This document shows, one piece after another, positions 18,806 through 28,189 of a stretch of DNA of 64,000 nt; the first letter of the stretch is position 1, and each line of letters opens with the position of its first letter. The stretch is from an uncultured Flavobacterium sp. GTDB taxonomy: Bacteria > Bacteroidota > Bacteroidia > Flavobacteriales > Flavobacteriaceae. The DNA lies in contig CAYNNB010000002.1 of NCBI GenBank assembly GCA_964398425.1, positions 7,511-71,510 on the forward strand. The letters run 5' to 3'. The translations under genes were made by a program, and so were the position numbers. Below the pieces are notes generated by a model. It was not told where the DNA came from. It was given only the letters and a program-made list of their open reading frames with translations, and made no database searches.

Positions 18806-20272
18806 ATGCTTAAACAGAATCTAAATTTAAAACTTTCACAGAAACTTTCGCCTCAGCAAATTCAGTTGATGAAACTGATTCAATTGCCTACGCAAGCTTT
18901 TGAACAACGTTTGCAAGAAGAAATGGTTGAAAATCCGGCTTTAGAAGGTGATGTGGACGCTTCTTTAGATTCTTATGAAGATTCATTTGATAACTCGAAT
19001 GACGATTACGACGATTATGATAACGAGCATATTGATACTGGAGATTTAAATATCGACGAATATTTAAGTAATGATGAAACTCCAGATTATAAGTATCAAA
19101 CGAATAATTATAGTGATGATGACGAAGATAAATCGTTGCCTATTGCTGCTCAAATGAGTTTTCATCAAGATTTAATTAATCAGTTGAACACTTTTATTTT
19201 ATCAGATGAAGATCGTGAAATTGCTGAGTTTTTAGTGGGTAGTATTGAGGATTCTGGTTATATAAGAAGGACAATTCAAGATGTTGTAGATGATATGGCC
19301 TTTACTCAGGGGATTTACACAGATGAGAAGACCGTTGAGCGAGTGTTGACCGTTGTTCAACAGCTAGAGCCTTCAGGTGTGGGAGCTCGTGATTTGCAAG
19401 AATGCTTGTTAATTCAGTTAAAACACAAAACCCCTACGGATTCAGTAAGTTTAGCTATTGATATTATTGATAAACAGTTTGATGCGTTTACAAAAAAGCA
19501 TTATGATAAATTGTTGCAAAAATTTGATGTTTCTAAAGAACAATTGAAAAAAGCGATTGATGAAATTGAAAAATTAAACCCAAAACCAGGCGGAAGTTTT
19601 GATAGTAGCAGTAGGGTAGTAGAGCATGTGGTACCCGATTTTACAATTCGAGTAATTGATGGGGAATTGGAATTGACTTTAAATTCGAGAAATGCTCCTG
19701 AGTTACATGTTTCAAAGGATTACCAAGAAATGCTAAAAACCTACAAAGATTCAAGTGAAAAATCATCAGCACAAAAAGATGCGGTTCAATTCATTAAACA
19801 AAAATTGGATTCAGCCAAATGGTTTATTGATGCTATAAAGCAACGTCAAGAAACATTGATGGTAACCATGAATGCTATCATGCATTTTCAATACGAATAT
19901 TTTTTAGAAGGGGAAGAAACAAAGTTGAAGCCTATGATTCTAAAAGATATTGCGGACATGGTAGGCTTAGATATTTCTACTGTTTCACGAGTAGCTAATA
20001 GTAAGTATGTTGATACTCCTTATGGAACTAAGCTGATTAAGGAATTTTTCAGTGAAGCGATGAAGAACACAGAAGGTGAGGATGTGTCTACAATTGAAAT
20101 AAAAAAGATTTTGGAACAAGTAATTGCTGAAGAAGACAAAAGTAAGCCTTTGCCAGATGAAGATTTGGCTGTTATTTTGAAAGAACGAGGCTATCCTATT
20201 GCCCGTAGAACAGTTGCCAAATATAGAGAACAGTTGGATATACCAGTAGCCCGATTAAGAAAGAAAATCTGA
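18806..20272 (+). CDS. rpoN: RNA polymerase sigma-54 factor
   Basis: QKLSPQQIQLMKLIQLP region I, GVGARDLQECLLIQL, DISTVSRV and the RpoN box ARRTVAKYRE. Confidence 0.96.
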   Translation: MLKQNLNLKLSQKLSPQQIQLMKLIQLPTQAFEQRLQEEMVENPALEGDVDASLDSYEDSFDNSNDDYDDYDNEHIDTGDLNIDEYLSNDETPDYKYQTNNYSDDDEDKSLPIAAQMSFHQDLINQLNTFILSDEDREIAEFLVGSIEDSGYIRRTIQDVVDDMAFTQGIYTDEKTVERVLTVVQQLEPSGVGARDLQECLLIQLKHKTPTDSVSLAIDIIDKQFDAFTKKHYDKLLQKFDVSKEQLKKAIDEIEKLNPKPGGSFDSSSRVVEHVVPDFTIRVIDGELELTLNSRNAPELHVSKDYQEMLKTYKDSSEKSSAQKDAVQFIKQKLDSAKWFIDAIKQRQETLMVTMNAIMHFQYEYFLEGEETKLKPMILKDIADMVGLDISTVSRVANSKYVDTPYGTKLIKEFFSEAMKNTEGEDVSTIEIKKILEQVIAEEDKSKPLPDEDLAVILKERGYPIARRTVAKYREQLDIPVARLRKKI

Positions 20273-20883
20273 TGCACACCAAGTATTTATTAGTTCCCTT
20301 TTCTTATATATTTCATCCTATTTTTGTTTCCTTATATGGAACTTTATTGTACTTCACTTTTGAAGGGAATCTCGTTTCTGATATTCATATGTATTTTACT
20401 TTCTTTCAGATACTTCTCTTGACAGTTATTCTGCCTTTATGTTTTTATTTATTACTACGCATTTTAAATTTGGTTTCATCTTTTACAGGAGCTACTTTGG
20501 AAGAGCGTAAAATACCCATTTTCATTCAGATGGCACTCATGTATGTTTTGTTGAGGTATGGTGGTCTACAAGAGTCTGAACCAGTATTAAGTCATTTTTT
20601 TGAAGGAGGTTTTATTAGTTCATTTATTGTACTTATTTCTGTATCAGTTGGGTTCAAAGCTAGTTTACACATGATTGGAGTAACATCTTTATTTGTTTTT
20701 ACACTTTTATTAATTAGCTATTTACAAGTACCAGCTATCAATACTCTAGTTGTATTATTATTATGTATGGGTTTTGTGGCTTCTTCGCGTTTATTTATGA
20801 AAGCACACACTCCTATAGAATTGGTTGTTGGTTTATTAATTGGTGTAATTCCTCAGTATTTAGTTTGGATCTATAAAATATAA
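20272..20883 (+). CDS. Conserved integral membrane protein (PAP2-like C-terminal motif)
   Basis: About six TMs with KASLHM and SSRLFMKAHT; overlaps the rpoN stop by 1 nt (TGATG). Confidence 0.6.
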   Translation: MHTKYLLVPFSYIFHPIFVSLYGTLLYFTFEGNLVSDIHMYFTFFQILLLTVILPLCFYLLLRILNLVSSFTGATLEERKIPIFIQMALMYVLLRYGGLQESEPVLSHFFEGGFISSFIVLISVSVGFKASLHMIGVTSLFVFTLLLISYLQVPAINTLVVLLLCMGFVASSRLFMKAHTPIELVVGLLIGVIPQYLVWIYKI

Positions 20884-21527
20884 AATTGAAAACCAATATT
20901 AAGGTTGCTTATTTTAGAACCGTCTTTAAATATAGGGTTTATTCCATAGTAAATATAAGGATTCCATGTGTTGAATCCTGCAGTAATATAGGCACCAAAT
21001 TGCCAACGATTGACTTCATTTGTTATAGATTGTTTGTCTTTTCCAAAAGAAGTTTCTAAATTTAATCGAGCATCAAGAATATAAGTTGCTTTGAAGCCGG
21101 TATAAATTCTCCAAAACTTGTGGCTCAAAGGTGTTGAATTACGCCATCTAATTTCTAATGGAAATTCTAATCCATGGGCAATGATGGTAGTTCTGATATT
21201 TTCAGAAGGTGTAATGGTTCCCACACCTAATAACTCCTCTGAATTAATGAACTGTTTAATATTATTGTATGAATAACCCACTCCTGATGCAATAGCCCAA
21301 TGTCTATTTTTTGTGAATGGCATATCACGTAAGAAGCCAACACTAATTCCTGGTGAGAAAGAGAATTGTTTGAAACCTGCAGGTCGATTTTGGACTAAGT
21401 TATAACTTAATGAAAAGTAGAATTGATCTTCTCTATATAATGAGTCAATTTCTTGTCTAGGTTCTTCTATGGAGTTTTGTGACCACAGAAAGAGTGGTGT
21501 AAGCAAAAGAAAAACAATTCTATACAT
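20871..21527 (-). CDS. Outer-membrane beta-barrel (porin family / PorT-like) protein
   Basis: YREDQFY, LEFPLEIRWR and GFNTWN with an aromatic C-terminus. The true start is MYRIVFLLL at 21527; the track's upstream extension is the tRNA gene. Confidence 0.75.
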   Translation of the reverse strand: MYRIVFLLLTPLFLWSQNSIEEPRQEIDSLYREDQFYFSLSYNLVQNRPAGFKQFSFSPGISVGFLRDMPFTKNRHWAIASGVGYSYNNIKQFINSEELLGVGTITPSENIRTTIIAHGLEFPLEIRWRNSTPLSHKFWRIYTGFKATYILDARLNLETSFGKDKQSITNEVNRWQFGAYITAGFNTWNPYIYYGINPIFKDGSKISNLNIGFQFYIL

Positions 21528-21541
21528 ATAATTTTTGTTAG

Positions 21542-21629
21542 CAGAGAGGAAGGGATTCGAACCCTCGATGCCCTTTTGGAGCATACACACTTTCCAGGCG
21601 TGCGCCTTCGACCACTCGGCCACCTCTCT
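21542..21629 (-). tRNA. tRNA-Ser(GGA)
   Basis: AGAGAGG/CCTCTCT acceptor stem, TGGCCGAGTGGTCGAAGGCG D-arm, CACGC-CTGGAAA-GTGTG anticodon arm, long variable arm and GGTTCGAATCC T-loop. CCA is not encoded. Confidence 0.95.
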
Positions 21630-21636
21630 TTTTTTA

Positions 21637-22671
21637 TTAATTCATTTCACCCCTTAAGGACGTTTCAAATATGGTTTTAAATACAGTTGGAGCCACATTT
21701 TGTCCTAATAAATACATTAGCTTAGTAATCGCCGCTTCTGTGGTAATATCTTTTCCTGAAATTAAACCTAATTCTTTTAATTTAGTACTTGTTTCATAGG
21801 TCCCCATTATTACACTTCCACCACTACATTGGGTTACATTAATAATATGTAAACCTTTTTTTGTTGCGAGTTCTAATTCTTCAATAAACCAATTATGCAT
21901 AGGAGCATTTCCAGCACCATAAGTTTCAAGAACGACTCCTTTTAAGTTTGGTATGGCTAATAATGAAGCTAAAACCGCTCTTGTAATACCAGGGAACAAT
22001 TTAATAACTAAAACATTAGTGTCAAAATTTTTATTTACAATTAATCCTTTATTCTTTGAAGATGAAAATAAAGCATCATAGTTTATATTTAAGTGAACAC
22101 CAGATTCTACTAATTCTGGAAAATTGGGAGATATAAAAGCATTAAAATGTTCAGCGCTAATTTTAGTAGTTCGATTTCCTCTGTATAATTTATATTCAAA
22201 ATATAAGCAGACTTCTTGTACAACTGGTTTTCCTTTTTGCTGTAAAGCAGCAATTTGAATTGCAGTAATTAAATTTTCTTTTGCATCAGTTCTCAAATCT
22301 CCAATAGGTAATTGTGATCCAGTGAAAATTACTGGTTTAGTTAAGTTTTCTAGCATAAAACTTAGAGCGGATGCGCTATATGACATAGTGTCTGATCCAT
22401 GAAGCACGACAAAACCATCGTAGTTATGGTAATGTTGTTCAATAATATTAGCCATTTGAACCCAATTTTCAACTTCCATATTTGAAGAATCTATAGGTTG
22501 ATCAAAAGAGATAGAATGAATAGTGCAATCCAAGAGCTTTAATTCAGGAATTCCTTTTATTAATTTTTTAAAGTTAAAAGCTTTCAACGCTCCAGTATCG
22601 GCATCTTTAACCATACCAATGGTACCACCCGTGTAAATCAATAAGATGTTCGGTTTGTTAATTGGTTTCAA
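21637..22671 (-). CDS. ansA: L-asparaginase type I
   Basis: IYTGGTIGM, HGSDTMSY, FTGSQLP and ETYGAGN motifs. Confidence 0.92.
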   Translation of the reverse strand: MKPINKPNILLIYTGGTIGMVKDADTGALKAFNFKKLIKGIPELKLLDCTIHSISFDQPIDSSNMEVENWVQMANIIEQHYHNYDGFVVLHGSDTMSYSASALSFMLENLTKPVIFTGSQLPIGDLRTDAKENLITAIQIAALQQKGKPVVQEVCLYFEYKLYRGNRTTKISAEHFNAFISPNFPELVESGVHLNINYDALFSSSKNKGLIVNKNFDTNVLVIKLFPGITRAVLASLLAIPNLKGVVLETYGAGNAPMHNWFIEELELATKKGLHIINVTQCSGGSVIMGTYETSTKLKELGLISGKDITTEAAITKLMYLLGQNVAPTVFKTIFETSLRGEMN

Positions 22672-23800
22672 TAGTTTGGTATTTTAATTTATTAATAACG
22701 GGATTGGCATACATGGCTAAAAAGCTTTCTTTTTGTTTTATATCGTCAGCATTGATGCGTAATTCCAATCTTCGCTCAAAAAGTTGTTTTTCTTTTTCTG
22801 TATACTTACAACTATAAATAGATGTTTGGTGTAATAAATCGTAGGCAATAAAATTGGTCGGCCATAGTTGGTAAGATTGTAAAATAGAATCATCTATTGC
22901 TTGAGCTAAGGCCTGTATTTGTTTATTGTTATTATCGTTTGTTGCTTTTATTTGGTCTATTTCATGATTTAAAACATCGCCTACATGAATATGGATACGT
23001 TTTTTTTGGCCAATAATTCCACTTAAAAGTGTTATAAAATCTTCATTCTTATCTTTTATGTAAATTTCATCATTGGCTTCGGCCATTAATTGAGGCATTT
23101 TTAAAGCATCTGTTGGGTCATATTCATAGGATATTGATACGGGAACTAATTTAATTTTCTTAAAAAAGTCCATTACATCAGCTTCATCATTTGCCATTGC
23201 AATCATTTTTAATACACCTTGGTGGGTAGCATCATTGCCATCTTTCGTTCTACCTTCACGTTGTGCTATCCAAACAGATCTGTTTTCTCTTGTTACCAAA
23301 TGATACATGTATTCAGATAATAATTTAGAACTTTGCAACAATTCTCTAGGAGGTAATCCACGTTGTACTAAAAAATTACGATTTAATTTTGATAACTTCA
23401 ATAAAAAATCTTTTTTGACTAAATTATCACCAATTGCCGATGCGGTCATGATTAAATCATGATCAAACAAGCAAACATTTAAAAGTGATGTATCTAAAAT
23501 GATGTCACGATGATTGGAGATGAAGAAATAAGCCGTGTGCGGTTCTAATTTTTCAAAACCTGAAGTGGTTAAGCCATCAGATGTTTTTTCTAAAATTTTC
23601 TTAATGGCTTGATACGCAAAATTAATTTGGAAATCACGTATTGAATATGTGCGTAATAGGTGTTCTTTCCAAACAGAATCTTCCACATTTGGATACGCAA
23701 AATTCATCATCGCTTTCATCATGGGATGATGTGCCAATTCTCTCAAAGCATGGTTTACTTCGGAGTCATAATAAGGACGAATTTTATCGAATTTTGACAT
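22658..23800 (-). CDS. Glycerolipid acyltransferase (PlsC-like superfamily)
   Basis: SNHRDIILD (HxxxxD), IAQREGRTKDG and VPVSISYEYDP motifs. Confidence 0.85.
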   Translation of the reverse strand: MSKFDKIRPYYDSEVNHALRELAHHPMMKAMMNFAYPNVEDSVWKEHLLRTYSIRDFQINFAYQAIKKILEKTSDGLTTSGFEKLEPHTAYFFISNHRDIILDTSLLNVCLFDHDLIMTASAIGDNLVKKDFLLKLSKLNRNFLVQRGLPPRELLQSSKLLSEYMYHLVTRENRSVWIAQREGRTKDGNDATHQGVLKMIAMANDEADVMDFFKKIKLVPVSISYEYDPTDALKMPQLMAEANDEIYIKDKNEDFITLLSGIIGQKKRIHIHVGDVLNHEIDQIKATNDNNNKQIQALAQAIDDSILQSYQLWPTNFIAYDLLHQTSIYSCKYTEKEKQLFERRLELRINADDIKQKESFLAMYANPVINKLKYQTIETN

Positions 23801-23858
23801 GGCTAATTTCTATGGTACAAAAAAACAAAAAAAATGGGAATTAAAATTAAAATTCATC

Positions 23859-24626
23859 TTAAAATCCAAATACATTTTTTGAATTATCAGTGGTAATTTG
23901 TGCAATTTCTTCAACTGTAGTACCATATATTTGGGCTAATTTTTCAGCAACTAGGTATATATAACTACTTTCGTTTCTTTTACCACGATAGGGCACAGGA
24001 GCTAAATAAGGGGCATCTGTTTCTAAAACAATGTGTTCCAGTGGAATTTGTTTTAAGAATTGATCTATTTTTCCATTTTTAAAAGTAGCTACGCCCCCAA
24101 TACCTAGTTTTAAGCCACAATCAATAGCTTGTAAGGCTTGTTGGTAGTCTCCTGTAAAGCAATGGAAGATGCCAAAAAGATTTTTTTCTTTCTCTTGTTC
24201 TAATAACTCGAAAATTTCATTGAAAGCGTCTCTACAATGAATATTTATTGGTAATTCATATTTTTTGGCTAACTTAATTTGATGTGTAAAAGCTTCTTGC
24301 TGTTCTTTTAAATAGGTTTTATCCCAATATAAATCTAGTCCAATTTCACCAATAGCGGCAAATTTTCTTTTTTTTAGTTCATTTTCAACATGCTGTAATT
24401 CTTCTAGATAATTTTCTTTTACATAACATGGGTGCAGGCCAATCATTAGAAAAACTTGATTAGGATATTCTTTTTCTAAATCATACATTTTTTGTGTATA
24501 ACTACTGTCAATTGAAGGAACGAATAACCGAGTTGTATTTTTTTCAAAGGCTCGTTGCATCATTTCTTTTCTGTCTAAATCAAATTCTTCAGCATACAAG
24601 TGGCTGTGTGTATCGGTTAGTGTCAT
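23859..24626 (-). CDS. tatD: TatD family nuclease/hydrolase
   Basis: TDTHSHL, IGEIGLD, IHCR, IFHCFTG and LETDAPYLAP motifs. Confidence 0.9.
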   Translation of the reverse strand: MTLTDTHSHLYAEEFDLDRKEMMQRAFEKNTTRLFVPSIDSSYTQKMYDLEKEYPNQVFLMIGLHPCYVKENYLEELQHVENELKKRKFAAIGEIGLDLYWDKTYLKEQQEAFTHQIKLAKKYELPINIHCRDAFNEIFELLEQEKEKNLFGIFHCFTGDYQQALQAIDCGLKLGIGGVATFKNGKIDQFLKQIPLEHIVLETDAPYLAPVPYRGKRNESSYIYLVAEKLAQIYGTTVEEIAQITTDNSKNVFGF

Positions 24627-24725
24627 TTTTAGAGGAAATATATTGTTTTTCAATTTACATTTTTTCTCGTTGTCAGCAGCATTTTGTGATTAGCTCTTAT
24701 CGAGTCTATTGATTACTTTTCTTTT

Positions 24726-25706
24726 TTATTGTATCATTAAATTGCAACCTCTTATGTCACTATTGTCAAATCTGCCTAAAACTTCAAAGCTTTGGTTTTC
24801 ATGTTTTTTTCCTAAATCTTGTGTCGCTATGAAGGAGCAAGAATTGAAATTTGCCAAATCAATAACATTGATACCGCCAGTTTTATTGTAACCAATCGGG
24901 CTTAGCGCATCTTCCGTATCACGAATCAAAATATCCATCCATGGGGGACATTCAAAAATACCATTACCAAGAGAATAGGCTTGTGATAATAATTCAGTCA
25001 TACCATATTCAGAATGTATTGCTTTTACTCCAAATCCTTTACAAAGTAGTGCATGCAATTCTTCTCGAATCATTTCTTTTCGTTTGCCCTTCATGCCGCC
25101 CGTTTCCATAATAAGGGTGTTTTTCAAGCGGAATGAATGCATTTCAATTAAGCCTAATAAGGCATAAGTAACTCCTAGTAATAAGACATTTTGCCCAGCT
25201 TCATCTAATTCAATGATTTTTTTAATCAATTGTTTGTATTCATTTAAATAAAAACCACTATCTGGGTGTTGACTACCTTCTATTAAATCTTGTACCATGT
25301 AGATTAATGAAGAACCTTCGCGTTCTAAATAGGAAGGTAATAATGCCAATATACAGTAGTCTTCAATATTACCATAAAACAATGAAAAAGCTTGCCTAAA
25401 ACTCGTTTCATATACTTTTAAGTCAGTAACGTGATGTTTGCTAGTGATCATTCCTGTTGTTCCGCTACTTGTAAACACCTTTTCATCTGAATTTGTGCCA
25501 GTAACAATACGATTTGATTTAAAGAATTGTATAGGTAAAAAAGGGATGTCTGTTATTCGTTTTACGTTTGATGGGTTCTTTTTCAATAACGTACAAAACT
25601 GATGATAAACAGCGTTGTGTTCATATTGGTGTCTAAATACTTTCAAGGTTATTTTTTCAAATTCCTTTTTAGACGCTATCGAAAATATATCTGAAGTTGA
25701 AATCAA
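24726..25706 (-). CDS. LuxE/acyl-protein synthetase-like acyl transferase
   Basis: IPFLPIQFFK, FTSSGTTG, METGGMKG, SEYGMTELLSQAY and GRFDNSDIRGCNL; TTG start. Confidence 0.8.
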   Translation of the reverse strand: MISTSDIFSIASKKEFEKITLKVFRHQYEHNAVYHQFCTLLKKNPSNVKRITDIPFLPIQFFKSNRIVTGTNSDEKVFTSSGTTGMITSKHHVTDLKVYETSFRQAFSLFYGNIEDYCILALLPSYLEREGSSLIYMVQDLIEGSQHPDSGFYLNEYKQLIKKIIELDEAGQNVLLLGVTYALLGLIEMHSFRLKNTLIMETGGMKGKRKEMIREELHALLCKGFGVKAIHSEYGMTELLSQAYSLGNGIFECPPWMDILIRDTEDALSPIGYNKTGGINVIDLANFNSCSFIATQDLGKKHENQSFEVLGRFDNSDIRGCNLMIQ

Positions 25707-25749
25707 TGTGCAATAATTTTATGCAAAAATAAGATTTAATAAAGACATA

Positions 25750-25781
25750 AAAAAAGCACCAATTCATATTGGTGCTTTTTT
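25750..25781 (-). terminator. Intrinsic terminator after the T9SS substrate gene
   Basis: AAAAAAGCACCAAT-tcat-ATTGGTGCTTTTTT. Confidence 0.85.
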
Positions 25782-25800
25782 GATATAATAGTATATGATA

Positions 25801-27576
25801 TTAATCAATAACTAATTTTTGAGTTGAAGTTTTTCCTTCTTCTGTTATTTTAACTACATAAATACCACTAGTAAGGTTTGCTACATTAATTGTATTGTTT
25901 ACTACTTTAGTATTTACTACTTCTTTACCAACTAAATCAAAAATAGCTACATCAATGTCTCCGTTTAAAGCAGTTTCAATATGTAAGTTTCCAGCCTTAA
26001 CAGGGTTGGGATACATTTTTAAACCATTAATTTGAGAGAATGAAGCTGATGATAACGTAAAGTTAGGTGTAGTTGTTATTGTTAATTCATCAATTGTCAT
26101 AGCTGGAGTTGATGTCGCAGAGTCTTGACGTAAAATGAAATTAGCTAAACTAGTTAATGCAGTTGTTGGGGTTACAACAACCGAAGGAGATCCAGATCCA
26201 CTAATTGTTGGATTTTCATATAAAGATAATGAATTATTTGTGAAGTCATATCTTAATACTAAATATTGAGTTGAATTTACGGTATATGTATTAGCAGACC
26301 AAACAATATCAGCAACAGCTGTTGTTGGGCTTATTCCGTATTGAAAATTTGTACCATCAGTTTTAAAGTATATTCTAGCAACAGTAAATGAGTTTGAAGC
26401 ATTAGTTAATAATGCAAAATAAGTAGAGCCTGTTGTTGAAATTCCAGTTAAGTCACTTACTTTTACTAAAAAAGATGTAAATAAGTTTCCAGAAGTTGTA
26501 TCTGTAAATGGTAATAAAGTATCGCTACCTGCTCCTGCAAATGAAATTGAATTCCCAGTTGAAGTTATACCAGTGTAAGAAAGGTTTCCATTAACGGCTA
26601 ATATTTCATCTGAACCAACCGAACTGTTTTTCCACATTTGTGATGTGTTTAATGGAGTTCCAATGGTATAGTTAAATGGTTCGTTTACGGGTAATGAATT
26701 AGTAGCAATACAATTGTCAGGACTTGTAAAAGAAAATGTAAAGCTACATGTAGGGCCTGACCCAACAGTTACAGTATAAGTTCCCATTGAACTTTCATTC
26801 ATTGTAATTATTATATTACCTGTAGCAGAAGTTGTTGGATTATCACCACTAACAACACCTGCAGTTGTAATATTATAGGTTGCAGTTGCTCCTCCAGTGT
26901 AAGGAATTGTAACGGTATAATTATCTAGAGCTGAAGTTGAAGCTACACATGCAACAACAGGTGTTCCCAACGATAAAGTACAAGACGCAGATACGTTTTC
27001 TACTTTAATATCATCAATCCTAAATTGTGTAGAAACCGGAGTCGTTGTTGTTGAAGGTTGAGAAAATCTTAAAGACAAAGTTGTTGAAGAAGGGATTACT
27101 CCACCAGAAATTGAAACTAACGACCAAGTATTTGCAGTAGTTGGACCTGTATAAGTTAAAGGTGTCCATGTTGTTCCACCGTTGGTGCTTTGTTCAATAA
27201 TTAACTGTGATGTTGTAACACTTGTACTTAACATTCCAAAAGATAATTTTAAATTAGCAGCACTATATGATGAAGTGTTGATTCCATCAATCTGAAAAAA
27301 ATGACCAACATTAGTAGTTTGATTAAAAAAAACATTTCCATTTCCAGATGCTCCAGTGTAACCCGATGATGCAGTTGAAACTCTCATCATGCTAGCACCA
27401 GATGTGCCTGTGTAAACAATAGGTGTGCTATTTTGAAAGGTAGCAGGAGCGGTTCCTGTAACATAGGCAGAAACTGCTGTATTCCCTGTGGGAGTTCCCA
27501 TATTTTCAGAATAAATAGTTTGTCCAAATGAAGCAAACGAAATTAAACCAATAAAAATTGAGTAAAGTTTTTTCAT
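25801..27576 (-). CDS. Thr/Ser-rich secreted protein with type A T9SS C-terminal sorting domain
   Basis: Signal peptide; C-terminus LKMYPNP...IFDLVGKEV...LTSGIYVVKI...TQKLVID. Confidence 0.85.
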   Translation of the reverse strand: MKKLYSIFIGLISFASFGQTIYSENMGTPTGNTAVSAYVTGTAPATFQNSTPIVYTGTSGASMMRVSTASSGYTGASGNGNVFFNQTTNVGHFFQIDGINTSSYSAANLKLSFGMLSTSVTTSQLIIEQSTNGGTTWTPLTYTGPTTANTWSLVSISGGVIPSSTTLSLRFSQPSTTTTPVSTQFRIDDIKVENVSASCTLSLGTPVVACVASTSALDNYTVTIPYTGGATATYNITTAGVVSGDNPTTSATGNIIITMNESSMGTYTVTVGSGPTCSFTFSFTSPDNCIATNSLPVNEPFNYTIGTPLNTSQMWKNSSVGSDEILAVNGNLSYTGITSTGNSISFAGAGSDTLLPFTDTTSGNLFTSFLVKVSDLTGISTTGSTYFALLTNASNSFTVARIYFKTDGTNFQYGISPTTAVADIVWSANTYTVNSTQYLVLRYDFTNNSLSLYENPTISGSGSPSVVVTPTTALTSLANFILRQDSATSTPAMTIDELTITTTPNFTLSSASFSQINGLKMYPNPVKAGNLHIETALNGDIDVAIFDLVGKEVVNTKVVNNTINVANLTSGIYVVKITEEGKTSTQKLVID

Positions 27577-27680
27577 TTTCTAAATATTAAAATTTTCTAC
27601 AAAGATATAAACAATCTAGTTAAGCAACTAGTATTTTATGTAAAATTTAGATTAAATTTCTAATTTTAACAACTGCTTAA

Positions 27681-28028
27681 TTAGTTGATAATAAGTTTTC
27701 TAGTTGACGAAGCATCGCCTTCTTTGATTTTAATGATGTAAACACCAGGATTCAAATTGGTAATATTCAATTCTTTGCTGTAAAGCGTTACATCAATCAC
27801 TTTTTTACCAAGAACATCAAAAATTTCAACTTTTTTATCTAGGTTTAATTTAGATGTTATGAAAACTTTTCCGGTGTTATTAGGGTTGGGGTAAACATTT
27901 AACCCTTCAATAGTGGGGTCTTGATTTTTGTTCACAGAACCTCTGCTGTCTTGTGCAACCACACTAGCAGAAAAAGAAAAAAAGAATAACAATAAAATAT
28001 AAATGTAATTTTTCTTCATGCGAACCAT
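27681..28028 (-). CDS. Small protein consisting of a signal peptide and a T9SS type A CTD
   Basis: Signal peptide ending VVAQ, short linker, then LNVYPNP...IFDVLGKKV...LNPGVYIIKI...RKLIIN. Confidence 0.82.
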   Translation of the reverse strand: MVRMKKNYIYILLLFFFSFSASVVAQDSRGSVNKNQDPTIEGLNVYPNPNNTGKVFITSKLNLDKKVEIFDVLGKKVIDVTLYSKELNITNLNPGVYIIKIKEGDASSTRKLIIN

Positions 28029-28056
28029 TTGTTTTGTAAAGATATAAAAAAATAAA

Positions 28057-28071
28057 TCAATCTTTGTGCCA
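28057..28071 (-). promoter_or_regulatory. Possible sigma-54-type -24/-12 element upstream of the CTD-only gene
   Basis: Minus strand TGGCACAAAGATTGA: perfect TGGCAC, but TTGA in place of TTGC. Confidence 0.35.
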
Positions 28072-28130
28072 TAATTAAAAAAAAGTGTATTTTTTTATCT
28101 TTGGAAGATTTAATAAAATAGTATATTACA

Positions 28131-28162
28131 AAAAAAGCATCAATTGTAATTGATGCTTTTTT
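28131..28162 (-). terminator. Intrinsic terminator after pckA
   Basis: AAAAAAGCATCAATT-gt-AATTGATGCTTTTTT. Confidence 0.85.
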
Positions 28163-28189
28163 AGATATAGTAGTAGTTAGTTTATAAAA

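Noticed and set aside
21528-21623. N-terminal extension of the porin ORF (MAEWSKAHAW...)
   Set aside because: It is the tRNA-Ser gene read in frame; the real start is the ATG at 21527, which gives a signal peptide.
21542-21629. tRNA-Ser as an island integration site
   Set aside because: I saw no integrase, no duplicated tRNA 3' end and no foreign block next to it.
27619-27670. GTTAA/GTAAA/ATTAA/TTAAC units upstream of the large T9SS gene as further Pho-type boxes
   Set aside because: Spacing is irregular; only one 11-bp interval holds.
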